Of a stretch of DNA of 64,000 nucleotides, positions 39,820-48,751 are shown one piece after another; positions within the stretch are counted from its first letter, which is position 1, and each line of letters opens with the position of its first letter. The stretch lies in contig JAEOTZ010000026.1 of assembly GCA_016839585.1 (NCBI GenBank), positions 1-64,000 on the forward strand. Reading direction: 5' to 3'. The DNA comes from Promethearchaeota archaeon (GTDB taxonomy: Archaea; Asgardarchaeota; Lokiarchaeia; Sigyniarchaeales; SOKP01). The translations under genes and the position numbers were made by a program. The notes under the pieces are model-generated. The model had not been told where the DNA came from. It saw only the letters and a list, made by a program, of their open reading frames with translations, and ran no database searches.

Positions 39820-41685
39820 ATGGAGTTTGGTTATACTGGGAATATCCTTAGGGTGGATTTATCTAAAGAAGATATATCTATTGAAAATCCAGATGATATA
39901 TTTTATAGAAGATATCTGGGGGGTGAAGGATTTGTGGCATATTTTCTTTTAAAAGAGCTCAAAAAAGGGATAGATCCATTTAGTCAAGAAAATAAATTAA
40001 TTTTCGCTACAGGTCCCCTAACAGGGTGTCCTATTCCTGGTAGTGGTAGAAATTGTGTGGGAGCAAAATCACCCTTAACAGCTGGATTTGGAGAAGCAGA
40101 TGTTGGCGGTTATTGGGGTGCTGAATTAAAACATGCTGGTTTTGATGCTATAATTATAGAAGGAAAAGCCAAAAATCCTGTATATTTATGGGTTCATGAT
40201 AGTGAAATTGAAATAAAAGATGCAAATCATATTTGGGGTAAAAATACAGGAGATACTCAAAATATCATAAAACAAGAGCTAAACGATGACTTTATTCGAG
40301 TGGCCAAAATTGGTCCTGGAGGTGAAAATTTGGTTAGATATGCTTGTATAATTAACGATCTTAGAAATGCTGCAGGACGAACTGGTATGGGGGCTGTTAT
40401 GGGATCAAAAAATCTTAAAGCTATCACTATTAGAGGCCATAATAAACCAAAAATTGCAGCTAAGGAAAAAATTAGAGAAATATTAAAAGCGAACGCTACT
40501 AATATGAAAAACTTAGCATCAGCTTTTACTTTTGGTACAGGAGGGGAATTAATGGAATATTTTTCTACAACAGGGAATCTCCCCACAAGAAACTTTAGGG
40601 ATGGTGAATTTTCAAAGGCTTTAGCAATTGATCCTAAAACTATTCATGATACAATAGGGCTAGGTAAAGATTCTTGTTATGCATGTTCTATCCGATGTAA
40701 AAAGGTTGTACAAATTGACAGTCCTTGGAATGTAGATCCTATATATGGTGGACCTGAGTATGAAACAATTGCAGCATTTGGATCAAACTGTGGAATAGAT
40801 GACATCAATGCCATTTGTAAGGCTGGTGAAATCTGTAATAAATACTCTTTAGATACAATCTCTACAGGTATTTCTATAGGATTTGCAATGGAATGTTATG
40901 AAAAAGGTATTTTAACCGAAAAAGAGACAAATGGTATTAGATTAAATTTTGGTAATGCTGAAGCTATGTTGCAAATGTTAGAGTTGATTGGTAAGCGAGA
41001 GGGTTTAGGAAAAGTTTTAGGGGAGGGGGTTAAGAGAGCTGCTGAAAGAATAGGTAATGGAGCTGATAAGTATGCTATTCACGTAAAAGGTCAAGAAATC
41101 CCAATGCATGAACCAAGATTAAAGCAAGGTTTAGGGCTTGGTTATGCTGTTTCACCTACAGGAGCAGAACATATGGCTAATCTCCACGATACATATATAA
41201 CTACTAAGGAAAGAGTTTTAGGTTTTGCTCCTTTAGGAATTTTAGAACCATTACCACTTGATGATTTAGGACCTAAGAAGGTTAGAGCTTTGATTTATGT
41301 TTCTAACTGGAAAGTTCTAGAAAATTCTCTTATAATGTGCTTTTTCAACGCTTTTTCACCTGAGACTGAAAAAGATTTTCTGAATATAGTTACAGGTTGG
41401 AATACAAGTACTTGGGAACTAATGAAATTAGGAGAACGCATTACTAATATGGCAAGAGTATTTAATATTAGAGAAGGTTTAACTAAAGATGATGATTGGC
41501 TTCCTGAAAGATTTTTTCAACCCACCACATCAGGTGCTTTATCTAACACCGCGATAAATCCAGATAAATTTGAGAAGGCTAGATATACTTATTACAGAAT
41601 GATGGGCTGGGATGATAATGGAATACCAACAAAAGCAAAACTAGAAGAATTAGATATTGAATGGGCATCCAAGATGCTCCCATAA
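39820..41685 (+). CDS. aor: Aldehyde:ferredoxin oxidoreductase (tungstopterin, AOR family)
   Basis: GY.G.ILRVDLS, KSPLT, AGRTGMGAVMGSKNLKAI, CYACSIRC, GPEYET, DTIS, YY..MGWD..G.PT. Confidence 0.93.
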   Translation: MEFGYTGNILRVDLSKEDISIENPDDIFYRRYLGGEGFVAYFLLKELKKGIDPFSQENKLIFATGPLTGCPIPGSGRNCVGAKSPLTAGFGEADVGGYWGAELKHAGFDAIIIEGKAKNPVYLWVHDSEIEIKDANHIWGKNTGDTQNIIKQELNDDFIRVAKIGPGGENLVRYACIINDLRNAAGRTGMGAVMGSKNLKAITIRGHNKPKIAAKEKIREILKANATNMKNLASAFTFGTGGELMEYFSTTGNLPTRNFRDGEFSKALAIDPKTIHDTIGLGKDSCYACSIRCKKVVQIDSPWNVDPIYGGPEYETIAAFGSNCGIDDINAICKAGEICNKYSLDTISTGISIGFAMECYEKGILTEKETNGIRLNFGNAEAMLQMLELIGKREGLGKVLGEGVKRAAERIGNGADKYAIHVKGQEIPMHEPRLKQGLGLGYAVSPTGAEHMANLHDTYITTKERVLGFAPLGILEPLPLDDLGPKKVRALIYVSNWKVLENSLIMCFFNAFSPETEKDFLNIVTGWNTSTWELMKLGERITNMARVFNIREGLTKDDDWLPERFFQPTTSGALSNTAINPDKFEKARYTYYRMMGWDDNGIPTKAKLEELDIEWASKMLP

Positions 41686-41734
41686 TCTAATTATAAAATT
41701 TTTTTAATTTTTAGTAGTAATTTAATTAAAACTA

Positions 41735-42049
41735 CTACTCCATCTCTTTTTCTATAATGGAAATATAATTTTTTATGGGTGTTTCCCAAGAACTATTTGT
41801 TCGATTAAAAAGATCAAATAAGGATTGAGCTGAACTTCTTTTTCCTGTATATGTGAATTGGAAAAAGTAGGAATGAATATATGGTCTTAACAAATCAAAT
41901 CCTCTTAAGAATTTTTGAAAATCATTAGCACTTAATCCCATACTAAGACATAATTTATTAGTAGACTCAATATTTATAACAAACTGATAAGGGAGCTTAA
42001 AAAAACAAGATAAAACGTTATTAATGCATTCCCTAATCTCAAGAAAACA
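41735..42049 (-). pseudogene. Probable C-terminal remnant of a lost gene
   Basis: Stop-free frame of ~104 codons (CFLEIRECINN...SMGLSANDFQKFLRGFDLLRPYIHSYFFQF...W.TP...) in a 570-bp gap. Protein-like composition; the only ATG is internal and has no RBS. Confidence 0.4.
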
Positions 42050-42261
42050 TTAAAAATAGATAAATTCTTCACTTTTTAATAATGAATAATCTAAAAAATA
42101 TAAATAAAAATAAATGGGAAAAAACTTAAATATTGGTTACCTTTACTAATATAAAAATGGCAAGTAACTTAAAAGATTTTTGCCATTAACAAAAATGTGT
42201 AATTAAAATTAAAGGAGAATATAAGATTTCTTCGGCAGAATATTTAGATAATGAGGAAATT

Positions 42262-43488
42262 TTGGATAAAACTCGTGAAATAAAGATAGAGCATGAATAT
42301 CCTAGTAAGAAATATAAGTCTAATATTCCTAAATCATTTTTATTTTATTTCATTTTAGGAATCCATACTGTTCGCGGAGTTATGATTCCATATTTTACTA
42401 TATGGGGTCAACTCACGTTTTTTCAATTAATGATATTACAAAGTTATTTCATGTTGGTAATCTTTTTATTAGAAATTCCTTCGGGTGCTATAGCAGACTT
42501 TTTAGGAAGAAATAAAGCATTATCTTTATCAGCATTATCTTTAGTTTTTGCAGCATTGTTTTATAGTATTGTACCAAATTTCTTTCTATTTGCATTAGCA
42601 GAAACATTTTGGGCTTTTGGAATGGCCTTAATGTCAGGAACAGACGAAGCATTCATGTACTCTACATTGAAAACTCAAGGTAAAGAAAAAGAACTTACAA
42701 AATATATGGCAAGAAATAGAACCATGTTTTTAACTGCTGGAATAATTTCTGCTCCAATGGGTTCTGTTATTGCAGAATTTATTTCATTACAGTTTACAAT
42801 GACTTTTTTAGCAATTATGTATGCATTCGCTTTTATTGTCTCCTTATCATTTAAAGAACCTAAACTTAATAATAATAATAATAATGGATATAAGCCAGAA
42901 CGATACTGGCCATTAATAAAAGAGGGATTTAAAGAATTAAAGAAAAATAAAATTTTAAGGATTCTTTGTTTTGATAGGCTTGCTATAGGTATTTTGATTT
43001 TTCTTTTATTTTGGCTTTATCAAGTATATCTTGAGGAATTGAACGTCCCTATAATCCTCTTCGGATTCATAGCATCTGCGATAAGTATAGTTAATATTGG
43101 GTTTATGAATATTTTGCCAATGATGTTAAAGAAAGCTAAAAAGAAAGTAAATGTCTTAATCACCGTAGATATAATATGCGGAATCGCATATATATTATTA
43201 GGCTTAACTTTTAATCCGATTTTAGGTATTATATTAATTTTTACTATAGTTGCAACTGGTTATCCTAGATTTTTACTATATATGAATGGAATTAATAAAC
43301 AAGTTGAATCAGAAAATAGAGCAACAGTTCTAAGTACTGTTAATATGTTTGGAAGCCTTTTAAGAGCAATCTTATTTCCTATTATAGGGATTATTGTAAT
43401 GTGGAATATCTTTGCAGTTTTTATAATAATAGGAAGTTTAATTATACTTTTCACTCTATTTACTCGTGTGAAAAGTGATTATCTCTAA
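42262..43488 (+). CDS. MFS transporter
   Basis: 'EIPSGAIADFLGRNK', 'SGTDEAF.Y', 'RATVLS'; 12 TM. Confidence 0.92.
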   Translation: MDKTREIKIEHEYPSKKYKSNIPKSFLFYFILGIHTVRGVMIPYFTIWGQLTFFQLMILQSYFMLVIFLLEIPSGAIADFLGRNKALSLSALSLVFAALFYSIVPNFFLFALAETFWAFGMALMSGTDEAFMYSTLKTQGKEKELTKYMARNRTMFLTAGIISAPMGSVIAEFISLQFTMTFLAIMYAFAFIVSLSFKEPKLNNNNNNGYKPERYWPLIKEGFKELKKNKILRILCFDRLAIGILIFLLFWLYQVYLEELNVPIILFGFIASAISIVNIGFMNILPMMLKKAKKKVNVLITVDIICGIAYILLGLTFNPILGIILIFTIVATGYPRFLLYMNGINKQVESENRATVLSTVNMFGSLLRAILFPIIGIIVMWNIFAVFIIIGSLIILFTLFTRVKSDYL

Positions 43489-43523
43489 ATTTTTATTATA
43501 TCAGAGTTATTGAAAATTTAACA

Positions 43524-44153
43524 TTATAATTCAATTTCTTCGCCAATTGCTAAGAATTTTGTGTTGAGATTATTTTCTTTTAAAAATTCCACTAACTTTT
43601 TAGCGCCTTCCTGTTTTTCTGATGTGAAATGATAGGGGATGGCGAATTTAAGGTTAAGATTCCTTAGAAATCCTAAATAATCTTGAAAATTATCTTCAAA
43701 ACATGCAATAAAACAAAGATCAACCTGATCTTTAATACCTTTTAGTTCTTTTGAATAATCTGCTGAATCTGCGGTGTGTAATATTTTTTTTCCTTCCATT
43801 TCTATTAAATAAGCTACACAATCTTCAGCTTTCCAACAGTTATTATCAAATACTTTTACATAACCAACGTTAAGATCAATTTTTGAACCAGGAAGAATAA
43901 GAGTAAAGTCAAGATCAAATTCTTCATGAATGCATTCTGGACCATATATTTCGAGATCCTTGGTTTTATTTGAAAATTGTTTCCCAATTTCCATAATTTT
44001 TTCGAGATTAGTATGATCTGGATGATGGTGCGTTAAAAAGATTGATTCAATTCCTTTTTTTGGTTCTGAAAGAAATGTAGGATCGACAATTATATGATCT
44101 TTTTCACTGATTAGTTCTAAACACGCATTCCCTAAAAAACGACACACAACCAT
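43524..44153 (-). CDS. Metallo-beta-lactamase fold hydrolase (UlaG-like)
   Basis: FLGNAC, VDP, THHHPDH, HTAD, IPYHF; ATG 44153 avoids overlap with the SH3 gene. Confidence 0.85.
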   Translation of the reverse strand: MVVCRFLGNACLELISEKDHIIVDPTFLSEPKKGIESIFLTHHHPDHTNLEKIMEIGKQFSNKTKDLEIYGPECIHEEFDLDFTLILPGSKIDLNVGYVKVFDNNCWKAEDCVAYLIEMEGKKILHTADSADYSKELKGIKDQVDLCFIACFEDNFQDYLGFLRNLNLKFAIPYHFTSEKQEGAKKLVEFLKENNLNTKFLAIGEEIEL

Positions 44154-44213
44154 TGTCTTTATCACTTTATTTTTTTCTTTAAAATATAAATCATTTAATG
44201 ATATAAAATAATT

Positions 44214-44558
44214 ATGAAGAAACAGCATTGCCTAGTCATTAAAGAATATAAAGCAGCTTACCCGGATCCACTAATATTTACTAAAGGAGAGATTTTAAAA
44301 ATTGAAAAGAAAGAGAGTGAATGGAGTGGTTGGGTATGGTGCATAAATGAATTGGGAAAAGGCCGTTGGATACCAGAAAATTATCTCGAAATTTATAAAG
44401 ATACTTGTAAAGTTTTACAAGATTATGAAGCTACAGAACTAACGGTAAAAATAGGTGAAAAATTAGAAATTGAAAAAATAGAAAGTGATTGGATTTGGGC
44501 TACTGATAAAGAAGGGAAACATGGTTGGGTTCCTTTGAAATGTATTCAAATACTTTAG
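44214..44558 (+). CDS. Tandem SH3-domain protein
   Basis: Two units: VIKEY..YPDPL.F.KGE...GWVWC....G.WIPENYL and VLQDY.ATEL.V.IGE...WIW....GWVP. Confidence 0.82.
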   Translation: MKKQHCLVIKEYKAAYPDPLIFTKGEILKIEKKESEWSGWVWCINELGKGRWIPENYLEIYKDTCKVLQDYEATELTVKIGEKLEIEKIESDWIWATDKEGKHGWVPLKCIQIL

Positions 44559-44692
44559 AAGAAAATTTAATCAACATTTTGAATTAAATATCGTATTTAG
44601 AATTAATTTGAAAAACTTTATCTGGTAACATAAGCATTAAATACTTTCATGTCAAATATATCAATAATCCAAAAAATATTTGTGAAAATAAA

Positions 44693-45997
44693 TTGAAATC
44701 TAACACAAAAAATAAATTAGTTTATGTAATACTAGGAATATTTCTAGCGACATTTATTATAAACAATTTCAATCTTTATAGGGAGCAGAATAACATTGAT
44801 GAAAAATCAGAAATTATAGATGATTTCGAATTAAAAAGTGCTTCAAATAATTGGGACCCCTATATTGAAAAACCAGTTGTAGGTCTACCTACTTGTGTTT
44901 TTATTGGAGATGCTAATAATGATGGGTATAATGATATTGTAACAGCAAATCATTATGGTGATGATATCTCAATATTACTCTGGAATGAGGATTCCAATGA
45001 TTGGGAACCTCATTTTGAATTGGATGTTGGTGTATACCCTTATGTGGTTTTTGTAGGAGACGCTAATAACGATGGATATAATGATCTTGTATCTCCGAAC
45101 TGGGGTGATGATAATGTTTCAATAATACTATGGAATCCCATTTTAAGTGATTGGGATAATCAAATTACCAAGCCAGTTGGAGAATGGCCTTATGGTGTGT
45201 CTATAGGAGATGTTAATCATGATGGATATAATGATATTGTTGTAGCAAATAAATATGATGATGATGTTTCAATACTTATTTGGAATTCAAGCTTAGATAC
45301 TTGGGATGACCAAATTACGAGAAATGTAGGAAATATTCCTTGGAACGTCGTAATATCTGATGCTAACAATGACGGTTATAATGACATTGTAACTGGTTGT
45401 GAATCTGATTCTGTTTCTATTTTAGTTTGGAATAATGTTACTGAAACTTGGAATCATCAAACAAGATCAGTTGGAGATGTACCTTTAGGGGTTTCTGTAG
45501 GAGATGCGAATAATGATGGGTATAATGATATTATTACAGCAAATTATAGGGGCGATGATCTGTCAATTCTTTTATGGAATTACACTACTAGTAACTGGGA
45601 TCCGGAATTCAAACGTATTGTTATTAGCCTCCCCAGATGTGTTTTTATAGGAGATGCGAACAACGATGGATATAACGATATTGTTGCGCCAAATTATGAT
45701 GATCGTACATTTTCCATACTATTATGGAACACCACATCCGGTGATTGGGATCCGCAAATTATAGTGGATCTTCCTGAAAGACCTGAGACAATTTTCATTG
45801 GGGATGCAAACAATGATGGGTATAATGATATTGTTACTGATAATAGTTACGGAAATAGTGTTTCAATTATCTTATGGCATGTTAAAAAGCCTTCTAAAGC
45901 AATAATTCCGGGATATGATGGTTTTTTTCTAATAATTATAATTTCTATAATCTCAGCAGTTATTTATAAAAAATGGAGAAATAAATTATTTAATTAG
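44693..45997 (+). CDS. FG-GAP/VCBS repeat (7-blade beta-propeller) surface protein with Loki-CTERM
   Basis: N-terminal signal/TM; seven 'GDANNDGYND(I/L)V..N..D.VSI.LW' repeats; IPGY-TM-KKWRNK tail. Confidence 0.88.
   Translation: MKSNTKNKLVYVILGIFLATFIINNFNLYREQNNIDEKSEIIDDFELKSASNNWDPYIEKPVVGLPTCVFIGDANNDGYNDIVTANHYGDDISILLWNEDSNDWEPHFELDVGVYPYVVFVGDANNDGYNDLVSPNWGDDNVSIILWNPILSDWDNQITKPVGEWPYGVSIGDVNHDGYNDIVVANKYDDDVSILIWNSSLDTWDDQITRNVGNIPWNVVISDANNDGYNDIVTGCESDSVSILVWNNVTETWNHQTRSVGDVPLGVSVGDANNDGYNDIITANYRGDDLSILLWNYTTSNWDPEFKRIVISLPRCVFIGDANNDGYNDIVAPNYDDRTFSILLWNTTSGDWDPQIIVDLPERPETIFIGDANNDGYNDIVTDNSYGNSVSIILWHVKKPSKAIIPGYDGFFLIIIISIISAVIYKKWRNKLFN
44890..45880 (+). repeat. Seven intragenic ~150-bp FG-GAP-like repeats
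   Basis: Recurrent gga/gac-gat-gct-aat-aat-gat-gg(a/g)-tat-aat-gat units about 49-50 codons apart. Confidence 0.85.
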
Positions 45998-46015
45998 ATT
46001 AATAGGTGGAGTTTT

Positions 46016-46846
46016 TTGAAAAATAAAAATAAATGCTTTTTCCTTATAGTGATTATAATCCTACTTTGTCTCAGTGCTTTAATACCATCTTTCCTCATTA
46101 CAAAGAGTCATCTTAGTACTAAAACTAAAGTACTAAATCTTCCAAGGCTTAGCGCTCAAAATAAGACTCTTATACACTCTTATGATTTTGAGAGTGATAC
46201 AGTTGGTGGAAATCCTGCAGGAATAACCTTAACTGTTTCAGAACCAGCAGGAAGTGGAACAGTTGATATAGAAAACTTAGGGGACAGTCAGGAGAATCAT
46301 GTTGCATTACATAAAGATGGTGGATCGGCGCGTATATCTATGACAGATAACATTTCATATTATAACTTAGATTATACTGCAGCAGAATTTCGTTGTATGG
46401 TTTACCATGATACAAGCCTATTTGGTATTCTATTTTTTGATTCAGAGGGGGTCTTGTTTCGATTAGATATGTGGAATGCCCGAGCAGGTAGATATTCATC
46501 TATTACTTATACTAGACATTCACTTAATGAATGGATGCCTTTAATAATTTATTTCGACATCACTAGAGGATGGATGTTTGACTTGGAGGGAGAAAGATAT
46601 GGGGACGGGTATTCTCTAGGATTTGAACATGAAAATGCTAGTATAGTTGAAAGAATTTTCTATTGCTCAGCATTCAGTGGTGGCGGTAATGGTTTCTTCC
46701 GCGTAGATGATATCTACTTTTATACTGTAATATTTACACCCTCTGAAAAAGCGATAATTCCAGGATTTAATATATTTCTAATGATAAGTATAATATGCAT
46801 AGCTTCAATATTTCTGATAAAAAATCAAAAAAAATTATATAAATAA
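46016..46846 (+). CDS. Secreted beta-rich (lectin/LamG-like?) protein with Loki-CTERM
   Basis: Signal peptide, 'YDFESDTVG', 'FRVDDI', and PSEKAIIPGF-TM-KNQKK tail. Confidence 0.75.
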   Translation: MKNKNKCFFLIVIIILLCLSALIPSFLITKSHLSTKTKVLNLPRLSAQNKTLIHSYDFESDTVGGNPAGITLTVSEPAGSGTVDIENLGDSQENHVALHKDGGSARISMTDNISYYNLDYTAAEFRCMVYHDTSLFGILFFDSEGVLFRLDMWNARAGRYSSITYTRHSLNEWMPLIIYFDITRGWMFDLEGERYGDGYSLGFEHENASIVERIFYCSAFSGGGNGFFRVDDIYFYTVIFTPSEKAIIPGFNIFLMISIICIASIFLIKNQKKLYK

Positions 46847-46879
46847 AGATCTTTTTTTTATTTTTCTTATATTAAAAGC

Positions 46880-47713
46880 CTAATAAATTCTAGGTGGTTC
46901 TGGAGGATTCCCTAACAGTTCCATCATTATCTGTTGGAAATTATCAAAGTACCCTGGTAAAACTTTTTGCATAAAAAATGCCTCAGAAGCCTTTAGATTA
47001 ACTTTCTTTCCTAAAGTTATGGCAATTGATTTTAAGAGTCTTTCCGCATATTTAGAAAGTTTCTTTAATTCTTCTGGAGAAACATTAGCAGGATCAATAT
47101 CAGGGGCAAATAATTGAGCTAAAAGTTCTAGTGTAGCTTCAAATTTAAGAGCTGCTTTAATTTTTGTTTCAAGAGTCGATGATATATCAACAAAACAGTT
47201 TGGTACATGACCAAGTAATCCCATAAACCATACTTCAGAACAAGCATAAGGAGCAACATCATTTTTAATTTGCTCAGGATATAATAAGGGAAATGCAGCA
47301 AAAGCACTTGCTTCTGCTGCCATGCGTCTCACGATTACATGATCTGGATGAACTTCATAAGAGAACCACGGATCAAAGGTAATGACCCTATCTGCTTTTA
47401 GTTTCCTAACATAATATACCAAGCTTTCACGTAATTTAACACCATCTATAAATCCTGCGTCAGGATAACCAAGCATTATTGTATCTTTCACTCCAAGTAT
47501 CTTATTTGCTGCTCTGAGTTCTTTTTCTCTCATTTCAGCAACATCTTTCTTAGTTAAATCTGTTCTTAGTGTGCCCACATTGCCACGTGTGACACAAAGA
47601 GCGTATATATTATGCCCCTCTTCTGCCCATTTAGCTATTGTTCCAGCACAGAATAATGTTAAATCATCAGGATGCGCAAAAATTGCAAGCACATTCAAGG
47701 ATTCTGATTTCAT
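46880..47713 (-). CDS. PIG-L/LmbE family deacetylase
   Basis: AHPDD, T.G..G, R..E...A, HPDH; GGTGA-N5-ATG. Confidence 0.92.
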   Translation of the reverse strand: MKSESLNVLAIFAHPDDLTLFCAGTIAKWAEEGHNIYALCVTRGNVGTLRTDLTKKDVAEMREKELRAANKILGVKDTIMLGYPDAGFIDGVKLRESLVYYVRKLKADRVITFDPWFSYEVHPDHVIVRRMAAEASAFAAFPLLYPEQIKNDVAPYACSEVWFMGLLGHVPNCFVDISSTLETKIKAALKFEATLELLAQLFAPDIDPANVSPEELKKLSKYAERLLKSIAITLGKKVNLKASEAFFMQKVLPGYFDNFQQIMMELLGNPPEPPRIY

Positions 47714-47821
47714 TAAATTCACCTTGTTTTTAAAATATTAAAAGATAATTAACTTCAATAAAAATACTTTATACATAAGATAATAAATAAACTTTTATAA
47801 AAGGGAAAACGAGAAGGAGTT

Positions 47822-48646
47822 ATGTTAGAAAAATTAAAAGAAACATTTTTGGCAAAATTATTATTGATAATAATACTTTCCTGGATTATTTTAGCAATTA
47901 TCTTCGGATTTATAGATCTAGAAATATCTAAAGCAGTCGTAGATAGAGACTTCTTATTAGCTAAATTTTTATATTTTTTTGAAGCTCCAGGATGGGGTTT
48001 ATCATTTGCTACTGGAGCATTGTGGATAGGAAGTTATATTGAAGATGTAAAAAAGCAAAAAATCCCTGCAATTGTATTAATTGTTATTGGATTAATCATC
48101 ATCATTATTTCTTTAATTCTTTGGAATCCATGGTTGCTTAATATGAGTGCAGGAATGGCTTTCGGTAATTTAATCCTTTTAATTGCATTTTTGAAAAAGG
48201 ACTGGAGAGAATATAAAAAAATTGCTATGATATTCGTAACAGTTTCCATCATCAATTCATTATTATTTGTACAAGTTACTAAACTATTAACTGGAAGAAT
48301 TCGTTTCAATGATTTAGCATCCGGTTATACAGATTATACTCCTTGGTTTCGCTCTCCTGGACCAGGTTTTGGAAATTTTAGTTTTCCAAGTGGTCATACT
48401 GCTCAAGGTTGGCTATTCTTACCTTTCTTAATCTTAATAAAAGATCGAGAATGGAAAAATCCTCTTCGAATGATCATTACTATACTTACAATAACTTGGG
48501 GCTCATTAGTAGGAATTAGTACTATTATAATTGGAGCTCATTTTGCATCAGATGTTCTTTTTTCAACAGGAGTAACGACAGTTTTGATAATTCTATTATA
48601 TAACAAATTATATCTAGAAAAAGAAAAATCTTCTACTCAAAAATAA
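47822..48646 (+). CDS. PAP2 superfamily membrane phosphatase
   Basis: KxxxGRxR, SFPSGH, GAHFASDV. Confidence 0.85.
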   Translation: MLEKLKETFLAKLLLIIILSWIILAIIFGFIDLEISKAVVDRDFLLAKFLYFFEAPGWGLSFATGALWIGSYIEDVKKQKIPAIVLIVIGLIIIIISLILWNPWLLNMSAGMAFGNLILLIAFLKKDWREYKKIAMIFVTVSIINSLLFVQVTKLLTGRIRFNDLASGYTDYTPWFRSPGPGFGNFSFPSGHTAQGWLFLPFLILIKDREWKNPLRMIITILTITWGSLVGISTIIIGAHFASDVLFSTGVTTVLIILLYNKLYLEKEKSSTQK

Positions 48647-48751
48647 AAATATATTAAGAACTTTTTTTATCTATATTTTGGAAAAAAGTATATAAATTTA
48701 CTTTTTCAATTAGTTGAGGTATTTTAGGCGTTTTAATATCAAGTGTTCTAA

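Noticed and set aside
42868-42885. (AAT)6 microsatellite in the MFS gene
   Set aside because: In-frame poly-Asn in the central loop; length change would not shift the frame, so it is not a phase-variation switch.
48510-48560. PAP2 motif 3 reads STIIIGAH instead of SRxxxxxH
   Set aside because: A single substitution with the catalytic His/Asp retained; not enough to call it inactive or novel.
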